Origin: Candidatus Levybacteria bacterium RIFCSPLOWO2_02_FULL_37_18 | GTDB taxonomy: Bacteria > Patescibacteriota > Microgenomatia > Levybacterales > UBA12049 | NCBI GenBank assembly: GCA_001784115.1 | Contig: MFPD01000002.1 | Span: 1-62,563, forward strand | Direction: 5' to 3' | Length of the DNA: 62,563 nucleotides | Shown: piece by piece, positions 17,880-27,004 of the stretch | Position numbering within the stretch: the first letter of the stretch is position 1 | Layout of the letters: each line of letters begins with the position of its first letter | Notes under the pieces: model-generated | What the model was told of the DNA's origin: nothing | What the model saw: only the letters and a program-made list of their open reading frames with translations | Database searches by the model: none | Made by a program: the position numbers and the translations under genes

Positions 17880-19037
17880 TTATTGGTTGGGGGTGGAAGT
17901 AAGAGCAGCTTTGAGTTCGACTTCTTTTCCCTGATCTTTTCCTTCGCTTCTCCATACTGTTATAGATATACTGTTCCCTGCTTTCTGTTTTGAAATTACC
18001 GCGCCCAAATCAGAATCTTTCCCGGAGATTCTTTTTCCATCAATTTTTGTGATAATATCTCCTTTTTTAATCCCGGCTTTGTCAGCAGGTGACCCCTCAA
18101 CAACTCTTTGGACGTATGCTCCTTCCGGAAGATTATTTAAAACAGACAGGTCTCTTGAAATCATTTTGTACGCAACTCCTAAATATGCACGGTTAAACTG
18201 CCCTGTTGTGTTAAAGTTATTAAGCGATTCTTTTACAACATTTATAGGCAGAGCAAATCCAATATTTTGCCCGCCTGAGGCAACAGCCGTATTAATACCA
18301 ATAACTTGCCCTGAAGAATTAACCAATGGTCCTCCGCTGTTGCCCGGATTTATTGCTGCATCTGTTTGGATTACATTATCAAGCTGTTCGACATACCCTT
18401 GAAACCTGCTTCCGGCAGAAATTCCCCGTCCAAGACCGGAAACAATTCCCGATGTTACAGAATTGTTAAACTCCCCCAAAGGCGTGCCTATCGCAACCAC
18501 TAACTGCCCTACTTCTAATTTTGACGAGTCACCTAATTTTACTCCGGCTAATCCCGAGGCATCTATTTTTAAAATCGCGACATCATTTAACGGATCTCGA
18601 TAAATTTTTTCGACAGTATATTTTTTATCGTCACTTGTTATGACTTGGTATTTTGCTTCTAAATCCGAAACCACGTGTTTGTTGGTTACGATAAGCCCAT
18701 CTGAAGTGACTACAAATCCGGATCCGATATTTTGCGGACCTTGTGGTTGATCTTCTTCCGGTAGTCCAAATATACCAAACGGACCAAAATCAAACGGAGA
18801 CAAACTCCTTTGAGGTAATTCTTCTGCCACAGTCACAACCGAAGGTTTTACTTTTTTAACAACGTCAATAATGACCGATTCTTCGGAGACTATTTTTACG
18901 TGTTGTGAACCTGACGCGGGTAAACTCAGCGGACTTTTTTTAAAATACTGGCCAAAATTTGGAAGGACTTTTGAGGTTCCATTCCAAACAAACAAAAAGG
19001 CAATTAATAAAGCAACTAAAACTATTAACTTACGCAT
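17880..19037 (-). CDS. HtrA/DegP serine protease with PDZ domain
   Basis: TNKHV, DVAILKI, QTDAAINPGNSGGPL. Confidence 0.93.
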   Translation of the reverse strand: MRKLIVLVALLIAFLFVWNGTSKVLPNFGQYFKKSPLSLPASGSQHVKIVSEESVIIDVVKKVKPSVVTVAEELPQRSLSPFDFGPFGIFGLPEEDQPQGPQNIGSGFVVTSDGLIVTNKHVVSDLEAKYQVITSDDKKYTVEKIYRDPLNDVAILKIDASGLAGVKLGDSSKLEVGQLVVAIGTPLGEFNNSVTSGIVSGLGRGISAGSRFQGYVEQLDNVIQTDAAINPGNSGGPLVNSSGQVIGINTAVASGGQNIGFALPINVVKESLNNFNTTGQFNRAYLGVAYKMISRDLSVLNNLPEGAYVQRVVEGSPADKAGIKKGDIITKIDGKRISGKDSDLGAVISKQKAGNSISITVWRSEGKDQGKEVELKAALTSTPNQ

Positions 19038-19050
19038 ACTTTGTTAATTG

Positions 19051-20316
19051 TCATTTTACCAATTCTTCCACTGCTTTTTCAAGCTGAACGTCTTTGGATA
19101 CGTCGTTTTTATCAGGCTCGACTTTAATATCCGGCTCAAGTCCTTTTCCGTTTACCCATATTTCATTGGGAGTAAGCCACTTGGCAACCGTTATGTGAAT
19201 GCCAGAACCGCTTCCTAAATCCTCTGCCTGCTGAATAGTACCCTTGCCAAAAGAAGTTTCTCCGACTAATTTTGCCCGTTTGTGATCACGCAGCGCGCCG
19301 GCCACGATTTCCGACGCCGAAGCCGAACCTTTATTAATCAAAACAACAATCGGATAAGAAAGAAACAAACCTTTTCTTGACACAGTATGGGGAATTTTCT
19401 CGCCATTTCCTTTCTCTTGAATTACAACTGTCCCACCGGAAATAAACTCGGAGGCGATAAATGTCGCGTCCTGCAAATAACCGCCCGGATTATTGCGAAG
19501 ATCAAGCACAATCCCTTTAAATGTATTGTCTTTTGGAATTTCCAAAGCGAGTTTATTAACTGTCGACAGCCATTCTTTATTGGTGTTATCGCCAAACTGT
19601 GAAAGCCGAACATACAAAATGCTTGGGCATTTTTCACATGCTTTTTCTTCCATTTGGAAATAATCATTTTTCAATCTCCATTTTTCAATCTTCCCCTCCA
19701 CACTCTTTACCTGTATTGTATCCCTTATAATTTTAATTTCAACAGGACTCGGTTCATTTTTGTGTGTGACGGTCAAAACCACCTCTGTCCTTTTGGGACC
19801 TCTGATTTTCTCAACCGCCTGGCTAATATTCCAGCCTTTTGTCGATTCGCTGTTAACTTTTACAATTACGTCTCCTGCTTTTACTCCTGCTTTTTGCGCG
19901 GGACTTCCGTCAAGAGGTGCTATTACTACAATCTGCTCTCCTTTTACTCCAAGCTGGGCTCCGATGCCTTCAAACTGGCCTGACAACCCTTGCTTAAATT
20001 CGGTATTTTGCACAGGCGGAAGATACACCGTATACGGGTCGCCAAGCGTGAAAAGCATGCCGTTAATTGCTCCTGTAACAAATTTTTGCGGGTCAATTGC
20101 TTTTTTGTCGTAATAATTTTCCTCAACTTTATCAAGCACTGTCCAAAAAGGAGAGAAATCGATTATTTTTAACTTTGCGGACGGTTCTTTGGAGATTATT
20201 TTAATTTGGGGTTTATAGTTTTTCCAATCAGCAGTAATTTTATTGACGCCAACGTAATACCCGGTTAAAAGAGAAATAGCAACGATTAATAATACATGTA
20301 AGCGTTTTCTTTGCAT
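19051..20316 (-). CDS. ctpA: S41 carboxyl-terminal processing protease
   Basis: PDZ domain, DLRNNPGG, SASASEI, GKGTIQ. Confidence 0.9.
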   Translation of the reverse strand: MQRKRLHVLLIVAISLLTGYYVGVNKITADWKNYKPQIKIISKEPSAKLKIIDFSPFWTVLDKVEENYYDKKAIDPQKFVTGAINGMLFTLGDPYTVYLPPVQNTEFKQGLSGQFEGIGAQLGVKGEQIVVIAPLDGSPAQKAGVKAGDVIVKVNSESTKGWNISQAVEKIRGPKRTEVVLTVTHKNEPSPVEIKIIRDTIQVKSVEGKIEKWRLKNDYFQMEEKACEKCPSILYVRLSQFGDNTNKEWLSTVNKLALEIPKDNTFKGIVLDLRNNPGGYLQDATFIASEFISGGTVVIQEKGNGEKIPHTVSRKGLFLSYPIVVLINKGSASASEIVAGALRDHKRAKLVGETSFGKGTIQQAEDLGSGSGIHITVAKWLTPNEIWVNGKGLEPDIKVEPDKNDVSKDVQLEKAVEELVK

Positions 20317-20338
20317 GGACAGATAAATTTGTGAGATT

Positions 20339-20587
20339 TTATCGTACGATAAATGGCAAAAGGGCCAAGTGTCTCGCGTGCTTTATGGTAATTGTCAAAT
20401 CTCTGTGATGCTTTGCGCAGAGTCCATTCCTGCTTCTGCCAATAATTTTACCCCGCTCGGTTAAAAAACGCCATAAAACTTCTGTATTAGAAAAATGCGG
20501 CTCTTTTCTTTCGGTGCAAAAATAGCATTTTTTTGGCACTTCTATTCGTCTTCTAACTCTTCTTTTTTGTGTTGCTTTCTTTTTCAT
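20339..20587 (-). CDS. rpsR: 30S ribosomal protein S18
   Basis: CYFC, FLTERGKI, ARHLALLPF. Confidence 0.95.
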   Translation of the reverse strand: MKKKATQKRRVRRRIEVPKKCYFCTERKEPHFSNTEVLWRFLTERGKIIGRSRNGLCAKHHRDLTITIKHARHLALLPFIVR

Positions 20588-20589
20588 AT

Positions 20590-21063
20590 TTAGAACGGTA
20601 TATCATCAGGAACAACTTCATCATCTGTTGATTCTGCAATTTCTTCAACTGCAGGTTGGGGTTTTTTAGGCGTCGGCTTTTCTTCTACTTTTTCTACCTT
20701 ATCTTGGGTTTGAACTACTCCTTCGGGTCGTTTTGAATCTAACAGGATCATGTCGTCAATCACAATTTCTGTGGTGGTTTTTTGAGTGCCATCCTGAGCT
20801 GTCCAACTTCTGGTAGATAGCCTTCCTTCAACGTATACTTTTCTGCCTTTGACCAAAAACTGAGAACACAATTCTGCCAGCTTATTCCACGATACAATCC
20901 TGTGGAATTCTGTTTCTTCGCGTTTTTCTCCCGCGTCTGTTGTCCAGCTTCTATTTGTCGCCAAACCAAACGTACAAACCGCTGTACCGCTTGGAGTATA
21001 TCTCAATTCCGGATCTCTGGTTAAATTTCCTATTAACTGAACTCTGTTTAAACTCCTAGCCAT
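20590..21063 (-). CDS. ssb: single-stranded DNA-binding protein
   Basis: LNRVQLIGNLTRDPELRYT, C-terminal DDIPF. Confidence 0.97.
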   Translation of the reverse strand: MARSLNRVQLIGNLTRDPELRYTPSGTAVCTFGLATNRSWTTDAGEKREETEFHRIVSWNKLAELCSQFLVKGRKVYVEGRLSTRSWTAQDGTQKTTTEIVIDDMILLDSKRPEGVVQTQDKVEKVEEKPTPKKPQPAVEEIAESTDDEVVPDDIPF

Positions 21064-21092
21064 ATATATACTTAATACTTGATATCTAATAC

Positions 21093-21368
21093 TTATTTTG
21101 TTCTAATCACCAAATGTCTTAACACGTGCTCGTTTGCGAGTATTTTTTTTTCCAAATCAGATGGAATAGTTTCTCCTTCTATAGCAAGAAAATAATATAC
21201 TCCTGTTTTTTCTTTTTTAATTGGGTAAGCCAGAGTCTTTTCTCCCCACTCGTCCTCTTTGCTAATTTTTACGTCTTTTAATAAATCTTTGACCGTCTTT
21301 ACTGCTTTTTTCTGCTCGGTTTCAGATATTGAACCCCGTACCACAAAAACCACATCATATACTCGCAT
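21093..21368 (-). CDS. rpsF: 30S ribosomal protein S6
   Basis: WGEKTLAYPIKK, VLRHLVIR; rpsF-ssb-rpsR order; start may be 21380. Confidence 0.93.
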   Translation of the reverse strand: MRVYDVVFVVRGSISETEQKKAVKTVKDLLKDVKISKEDEWGEKTLAYPIKKEKTGVYYFLAIEGETIPSDLEKKILANEHVLRHLVIRTK

Positions 21369-21556
21369 AATTTGAACCATATTATCATAACTGATCTTTT
21401 AAAAACAAGTAGGAAATTATAGATTCCTCTTCGTCTATCTTGTACGATACGGTATCGTAATAGCTAGACAATTTAGTTACACACTACACGCCACTGAAAG
21501 AGATTCCTTAACTTACCTTAACTTATCGGAGGTGTTGTAAGGCTAGCACCTCGGGA

Positions 21557-22828
21557 TTACGAACCGATTTTGAATTCAATCACGTCGCCGTCTTTGACAA
21601 TATAATCCCGTCCTTCAAGCCTTGCTCTCCCCGCTTCCCGCGAACCTTTCCAGCCTTTATTCTGAACAAAATCATCAAAACTTACTACTTCTGCTTTGAT
21701 AAATTTTTTTTCAAAGTCTGTGTGAATAACGCCCGCTGCATCAACTGCTTTTATTCCCTTTGGAACAGTCCAGGCACGCACTTCGTATTTTCCCCCTTGC
21801 CTCGCCGAAGCATCAGCGGAGGCGGGTGCTGTGAGAAATGAAATTAATCCTAATGTCTCGTATGCTTTCTTTATCAACCGCTCCAGTCCGGACTCTTCAA
21901 GACCCAAGTCTCCAAGGTATTCTTTTTGTTCATCTTCCGACAACACAGCAAGTTCCGATTCAATCTTGGCACAGATCACCACCATATTGTCATTCCCGCC
22001 CCGTGTCGTAGCACGGGGGGTAAACCTTGGCATCGTGAAAACGGGGCTCCAACGGGAGTCCATGGATCCCCGATCGGGGTCGGGGATGACAGAAAAAAGG
22101 AGTTGATTATATTCTTCAATTACTTTGGGGATATTTTCTTGTGTATATTGGTCTTCTGCAACATTAAGTACAATAATTTCAGGTTTTGAGGAAAGTAAAA
22201 AAAGATCCTTGACAACCTCCTGTTCTCCATCAATTAACCCAACATCTCTTGCAGGAATTCCCTTATTAAGTAATTCCTCAATTTTATCCAGTATATTTTG
22301 ACTTTTAACTTGAACTTTTGCCTTTTGCCTTTTGCCTTTTGCCTTTTCTAAAGTTTCTAAATCCGCAAGTATTAGTTCTGTTTGAATAACTTTATAGTCA
22401 GACATCGGATCAACCGAACCTTCTTTGATTACATTCGCATCTTCAAAAACTCGAACCACATGAGCAATAATGGAAACTTCCCGGATGTGGGACAAAAACT
22501 TATTACCAAGACCAGAACCTTCACTTGCTCCTTTTACCAATCCCGCAATATCTACAAATTCAACCGTTGCCGGTTTAATCGGCGGCCTCTTTCCAAACAA
22601 CACCTCGGGGGTGGCGCTTGACGACTCCCCCGAGGTTGAGGAACCACTTGCAACAATATCCGCCAAAGCTTCAAGTCTCTCATCCGGCACCGGAATTATT
22701 CCAACATTCGGTTCTATTGTTGCAAATGGGTAATTCGCAGCCAGCGCCTGCTGCTTTTTTAAGAGTGCATTGAACAAGGTACTCTTCCCCACATTTGGTA
22801 AACCAACAATCCCTATTGATAAATTCAT
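21557..22828 (-). CDS. ychF: ribosome-binding ATPase YchF with four in-frame inserts
   Basis: GLPNVGKST, NYPFATIEPN, DIAGLV, GVIHTDFEK, TGS domain. Confidence 0.95.
   Translation of the reverse strand: MNLSIGIVGLPNVGKSTLFNALLKKQQALAANYPFATIEPNVGIIPVPDERLEALADIVASGSSTSGESSSATPEVLFGKRPPIKPATVEFVDIAGLVKGASEGSGLGNKFLSHIREVSIIAHVVRVFEDANVIKEGSVDPMSDYKVIQTELILADLETLEKAKGKRQKAKVQVKSQNILDKIEELLNKGIPARDVGLIDGEQEVVKDLFLLSSKPEIIVLNVAEDQYTQENIPKVIEEYNQLLFSVIPDPDRGSMDSRWSPVFTMPRFTPRATTRGGNDNMVVICAKIESELAVLSEDEQKEYLGDLGLEESGLERLIKKAYETLGLISFLTAPASADASARQGGKYEVRAWTVPKGIKAVDAAGVIHTDFEKKFIKAEVVSFDDFVQNKGWKGSREAGRARLEGRDYIVKDGDVIEFKIGS
21989..22090. repeat. 102-nt palindromic element in frame in ychF
   Basis: GTCATTCCCG..CGGGAGTCC..GGATCCCCG..CGGGGATGAC. 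Confidence 0.85.
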
Positions 22829-22891
22829 ATGTTTTATTTCCCCAGATTTGTTTGCTGCATTTTTAAAAGCGCATTAAACAGCTTTGATTTT

Positions 22892-23293
22892 CTAATTTTT
22901 TATTCTTTCTTTCCCATCAAGCGCTGCAATTTGTTTGATTGAGACGTCAAGCGTCATAAACCATTTTCTCAGCAATTTCCAGAGCGGATCGTATGAATGT
23001 AAAAACGAAGGCACAAGTTCTGCCTGCAAAAGTCCCATGACAACTTCTTTTTCCTCCTGAGGATTGTCATTCTTAATAGTTTCAAATTGTAAGTCAAATA
23101 ATCCTAAAACAGATACTTCAAGCTCATTAAAAATTCTATCCTGCTCAACCTGGGGAATATTGGCAAACTCTATATAAAGTCTAAAATCTTTCCGGGACCA
23201 AAGATCAAAAGAAGAACTCGCGGCAACGTGAGCTAAATTTTTAGCAGCACTGCTCATCATCTCAGAAATTTCGGCAGCTAGATTTTTCTTCAC
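22892..23293 (-). CDS. hypothetical protein
   Basis: ORF with TACAAT 6 nt upstream of a GTG start. Confidence 0.55.
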   Translation of the reverse strand: MKKNLAAEISEMMSSAAKNLAHVAASSSFDLWSRKDFRLYIEFANIPQVEQDRIFNELEVSVLGLFDLQFETIKNDNPQEEKEVVMGLLQAELVPSFLHSYDPLWKLLRKWFMTLDVSIKQIAALDGKERIKN

Positions 23294-23373
23294 TACATAA
23301 TTGTACCAAAAACACGAAAGCGCTTTCCGTTTGATTTTGTTTTTTCGGACAGAACTATTATTGTAACTATTTG

Positions 23374-24591
23374 ATGTATAATAGATATCGTGTGAGGATT
23401 GTTAAGATTCTTTTTGCTATCTTTATTCTTGTTATTGTTTTTGTTGGAATAAAATTCTCTCAAAAACCAAAGACTATACCAATCCCCTCTTCTGAAAAAC
23501 CTGTTAAATCCTTAATTTCCTCCGGAGGAATACCAAATATTCCCTTTAAACTTGCCTCAGAATTTACAATCCACATATATGCAGAAGGTCTTGGAAACCC
23601 GCGGGATTTAGTATTTTCTCCTGGTGGAACCTTACTCGCCTCAAATCCTATCGGTAACCAAATCGTAGCTTTGCCTGACAAAGACCACAATGGTGTTTCT
23701 GATATAGAAAAAATTGTTATAGACGAAGGCAATCACGTCCATGGCCTTGCGTTTTATAACAAGCTCTTTGTCGCAGAGGAAAAACGCGTTGTCAGATATA
23801 CCTGGGATGAAGAAAATCTTAAGGCAACTTTTGATAAAGTTCTGTTTTCACTGCCTGAAAATAACAATCATAATAACAGGACGCTTGTGTTTGATACGGA
23901 TGGAACACTCTATATATCTGTTGGCTCAACCTGCAATGCATGTTTGGAAACTTCTGAATTTTCAGCAACAGTGCTTATTTCTGATTACAACGGAACAACT
24001 CCGAGAGTTTTTGCCAAAGGCCTTCGCAACGCTCCCTTTCTTGCGTTTAATCCTTTGACCAATGAACTTTGGGCAACAGAAATGGGACGAGACTGGCTGG
24101 GAGATAATACTCCTCCCGACGAAATAAATATTGTCCGTGGAAAAAGGGATTATGGTTGGCCGTATTGCTATGGCAATCGCGTTCATGACAACAATTTTGA
24201 CCCTTCAAACTTTCATTTTTGTAACAAAACCGAACTACCTGTCCACGAAATTCCCGCGCATTCCGCTCCGCTTGGTTTAGTTTTTGTTCAATCCAAACAA
24301 TTCCCTAGCGATTGGCAACATGATTTGCTGGTTTCGTACCATGGATCGTGGAACAGAAGTATTCCAACCGGATACAAAGTGGTTCGTATGAAAGTCAAGG
24401 ATAATACGATTACAAAAGTAGAAGATTTTCTGACTGGATTTATGGAAGGAGAAACAGTGTATGCCCGCCCGGTTGATCTAATTTTTGACGACGCTGGTAG
24501 TCTCTACGTCTCAGACGACAAAGCCGGAAATATCTACATTATTCAAAAAAAAATAAAACTATCTATGCTCGACATATCCTCTCGACCATAA
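23374..24591 (+). CDS. PQQ-dependent glucose/sorbosone dehydrogenase family beta-propeller
   Basis: N-terminal TM, LYISVGSTCN, GLRNA, MGRDWLG, YGWPYCY, HSAPLG, HGSWNR. Confidence 0.88.
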   Translation: MYNRYRVRIVKILFAIFILVIVFVGIKFSQKPKTIPIPSSEKPVKSLISSGGIPNIPFKLASEFTIHIYAEGLGNPRDLVFSPGGTLLASNPIGNQIVALPDKDHNGVSDIEKIVIDEGNHVHGLAFYNKLFVAEEKRVVRYTWDEENLKATFDKVLFSLPENNNHNNRTLVFDTDGTLYISVGSTCNACLETSEFSATVLISDYNGTTPRVFAKGLRNAPFLAFNPLTNELWATEMGRDWLGDNTPPDEINIVRGKRDYGWPYCYGNRVHDNNFDPSNFHFCNKTELPVHEIPAHSAPLGLVFVQSKQFPSDWQHDLLVSYHGSWNRSIPTGYKVVRMKVKDNTITKVEDFLTGFMEGETVYARPVDLIFDDAGSLYVSDDKAGNIYIIQKKIKLSMLDISSRP

Positions 24592-24996
24592 TGAAACTTC
24601 TTTATACGCTTCCCAAAGTGCATCTTCGAGCCTTCCTTCATCTTGCGAAAAACGTAAGGTATCCATTATTTGCCTTCGATCCGTTATGGTGGGTTGACCA
24701 CCTGAAGAGTGTGTTACGCTTGATGCATACACGTCCATCGGAATAGAAAACACGCCGTCAGACCACGATTCGTCCCGCGCAATAACACTTTTTTTAACTC
24801 CATCGTCATCCCAAGAAAAACATATTTGAGGATCACCCAAAACCACTACTCTTTTCAGAACAACCTCATCCAGTTTTAAAGCTATCTGTCTCTTGCCAAG
24901 CATTGTATAAAATACCTGCTCTATTCTATTCAAAACGGGATTCGCAACAAGCTCTGCTTCTGTTGGACATGGAAAACGATTTTCTTTTAAACCCAT
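24559..24996 (-). CDS. hypothetical protein
   Basis: ORF only. Confidence 0.55.
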   Translation of the reverse strand: MGLKENRFPCPTEAELVANPVLNRIEQVFYTMLGKRQIALKLDEVVLKRVVVLGDPQICFSWDDDGVKKSVIARDESWSDGVFSIPMDVYASSVTHSSGGQPTITDRRQIMDTLRFSQDEGRLEDALWEAYKEVSLWSRGYVEHR

Positions 24997-25088
24997 ATAA
25001 ATTTTGCCTATAATAGCTCTTTCTTACAGAGAAATCAGGCGTTATGTAAAAGTAAGAATCGTGTTACACATTTGCTATAATTGACAAA

Positions 25089-25736
25089 ATGGAAAGTATT
25101 ATCGAGGAAAAAGTTGCTTCGTTTTTTAAAAAACACAAACACGTACGGCTTAAAAAAGGAGAACTCATTCTCAAACCGTCTGAATCTATTCCGTACATTT
25201 TCTATGTTTGGAAAGGACTAATCAGACAGTATGGATTTTCTGAAGATGGACAGGAGTTTACGCTGCATTTTTTTAAACCCGGTACATACTTCCCTTTAAT
25301 GCTGGTTTTAAGTAACGAAAAAGGAACGTATTTTTTTGAAGCTTCTTCCGAGACGCACGTTTTTAAAGCCCCTGTAGACGAGGTATTGGAATTCTTAAAA
25401 CACGAGCCGGAAATAGTATTTGATTTAGCGTGCAGATTTTCCATAGCCCTTTCAAAAATGTCTGTAAGACTTGAGAATGCTTTAAGCATGAACTCGTTTT
25501 CCAAAGTTGCGTCAATACTTCTCTATCTGGCTTCCCGATTTGGACAACAAATTAATAATAAACTTGTAATCAAACAACCGTTTACCCATCATGATATTTC
25601 AACCTGGACAGGAATAACACGCGAAACAGCCAGCAGAAGCATGGAAAAATTAAAAAAAATGGGAATAATTAATTATAAAAATCGCAATATTGTCATAAAA
25701 GACATACAAAAACTCCAAGGTCTCGTTGCTTCGTAA
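25089..25736 (+). CDS. Crp/Fnr family transcriptional regulator
   Basis: cNMP-binding-like domain plus HTH FTHHDISTWTGITRETASR. Confidence 0.92.
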   Translation: MESIIEEKVASFFKKHKHVRLKKGELILKPSESIPYIFYVWKGLIRQYGFSEDGQEFTLHFFKPGTYFPLMLVLSNEKGTYFFEASSETHVFKAPVDEVLEFLKHEPEIVFDLACRFSIALSKMSVRLENALSMNSFSKVASILLYLASRFGQQINNKLVIKQPFTHHDISTWTGITRETASRSMEKLKKMGIINYKNRNIVIKDIQKLQGLVAS

Positions 25737-25773
25737 CATTTATCACATACGATTTTGAAATTTATGTTATTCT
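25732..25773 (+). promoter_or_regulatory. putative Crp-box plus extended -10 promoter
   Basis: CGTAA-N6-TCACA (25732-25747); TGnTATTCT (25765-25773), 6 nt before the GTG. Confidence 0.55.
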
Positions 25774-25779
25774 GTTTGT

Positions 25780-26241
25780 GTGTATTCAAAAAGTTTTTTA
25801 TTATTACTTTTGCCTCTTGGACTGGTATGGCTAAAAAGCAGCGTAACTAAAATCGGAGGAGGGAAATTTATCCCTTTTTTTGCTCAAACCATGGCAAAAC
25901 TAGCCAGTAATAACCCGCACTCTTGGTTTAAATCTTTAGTTGAGACCATAGTAATCCCGAATGCAAAAGTATTTGGCCCCTTAATTATGTGGGGAGAATT
26001 TATTACGGCTCTTTGTATTGTTGGTGGTATCGTAGCTTTGATATTTGCTTTTGAACAGAAATTAGCTTTGTGGGTTTTACTTGCAGGTCTTTTGGGAGGA
26101 TTTGTATTAAATACGCTATTTTATTTCGGAGCCGGCTGGACAGGAGTTTCTACCGAAACCTTAAATCTCTTGATGCTCTTAACCGAAGGAATCGCAATCT
26201 ACTTCGTTATAAAATCCCTCATTTCTATTGGAACAATCTAA
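25780..26241 (+). CDS. DoxX/TQO small-subunit-like membrane protein
   Basis: LGLVWLKSSVTKI, WGEF, four hydrophobic segments. Confidence 0.7.
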   Translation: MYSKSFLLLLLPLGLVWLKSSVTKIGGGKFIPFFAQTMAKLASNNPHSWFKSLVETIVIPNAKVFGPLIMWGEFITALCIVGGIVALIFAFEQKLALWVLLAGLLGGFVLNTLFYFGAGWTGVSTETLNLLMLLTEGIAIYFVIKSLISIGTI

Positions 26242-26931
26242 TCTATGCTCCCCAATTCCAAGACAGAAAACGCAGAATTTCTTCGCCTCTCCTTTTGCCT
26301 TAATAACAATTTTTCCATTTTCATGGGTTTCTATGATTGTTATCTCTCCATCTTCGAATTCAACAGGTTCAAACGTAGCAACTTGGGCAATAACCGGTTC
26401 CATAATGCCGTAAGCCTCTAGAGTCACTTCCAAATCAGCTCTTTGCAATATCAAAGGAAGCATACTTCCCGTGACATTTTTTAAGTACGCAATCATTTCC
26501 GCAGCTTTTCTTCGCACTTCAACTGAATATTTGGTAATTGCGCTTTTTGCTCTTTCTAATATATCTGTTGTCGAAGATCGGCCTTGCGGGTGACCTAACA
26601 CTTCTTGAATGTCAGACCCATATCCGAATGCATTACCGTCATGGGTTGCAATCGAACCACCAGCAGCAATTGCTCTAAAGGTGTCAGAGAAAACATCACC
26701 AACAACACTTGTGCTTCCCAATACATTTCCCCGTCTTACCACCGTAATTCCAGCTACAGTTACCCCATTATCCATAGCAACTAGGGCATGGTTAAGTTCA
26801 TGCCCTGCAGTATGAACTAATCTTTCAGATATATGCTTTCGCCTGCCTTCTGGTCCAGGAATAAAAGGTAATAGAAATTGAGCCGGCCTCTCGGCAACCG
26901 GTACAGCAATAAGTGCTTCTTTTGATCTCAT
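26179..26931 (-). CDS. stand-alone M41 (FtsH protease domain)-like metallopeptidase
   Basis: TAGHELNHALVA (HExxH), VRRGNVLGST, GSD; C-terminal CxxC-H-C cluster. Confidence 0.6.
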   Translation of the reverse strand: MRSKEALIAVPVAERPAQFLLPFIPGPEGRRKHISERLVHTAGHELNHALVAMDNGVTVAGITVVRRGNVLGSTSVVGDVFSDTFRAIAAGGSIATHDGNAFGYGSDIQEVLGHPQGRSSTTDILERAKSAITKYSVEVRRKAAEMIAYLKNVTGSMLPLILQRADLEVTLEAYGIMEPVIAQVATFEPVEFEDGEITIIETHENGKIVIKAKGEAKKFCVFCLGIGEHRLDCSNRNEGFYNEVDCDSFG

Positions 26932-26962
26932 AACTACCTGCAATTATACCATATAGGCTTTT

Positions 26963-27002
26963 GTTTCCACCCTTGGGGTGGAAACAAAGCTCCACCTGCG
27001 GA
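26963..27002. repeat. CACC-n-GGTG palindromic repeat
   Basis: GTTTCCACCCTTGGGGTGGAAAC..GCTCCACCTGCGGA; near-copies at 51213 and 52735. Confidence 0.8.
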
Positions 27003-27004
27003 AT

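Noticed and set aside
21421-21556. tRNA or structured ncRNA between ychF and rpsF
   Set aside because: Hairpins (TACGATAC/GTATCGTA; CCGAGGTG/CACCTCCG) and 9-mer repeats are present, but there is no cloverleaf, T-loop or recognisable family motif.
25040-25070. Autoregulatory Crp box upstream of the Crp gene (GTAA-N8-TTAC)
   Set aside because: Half-site spacing does not match the N6 geometry of the downstream site; too weak to call.
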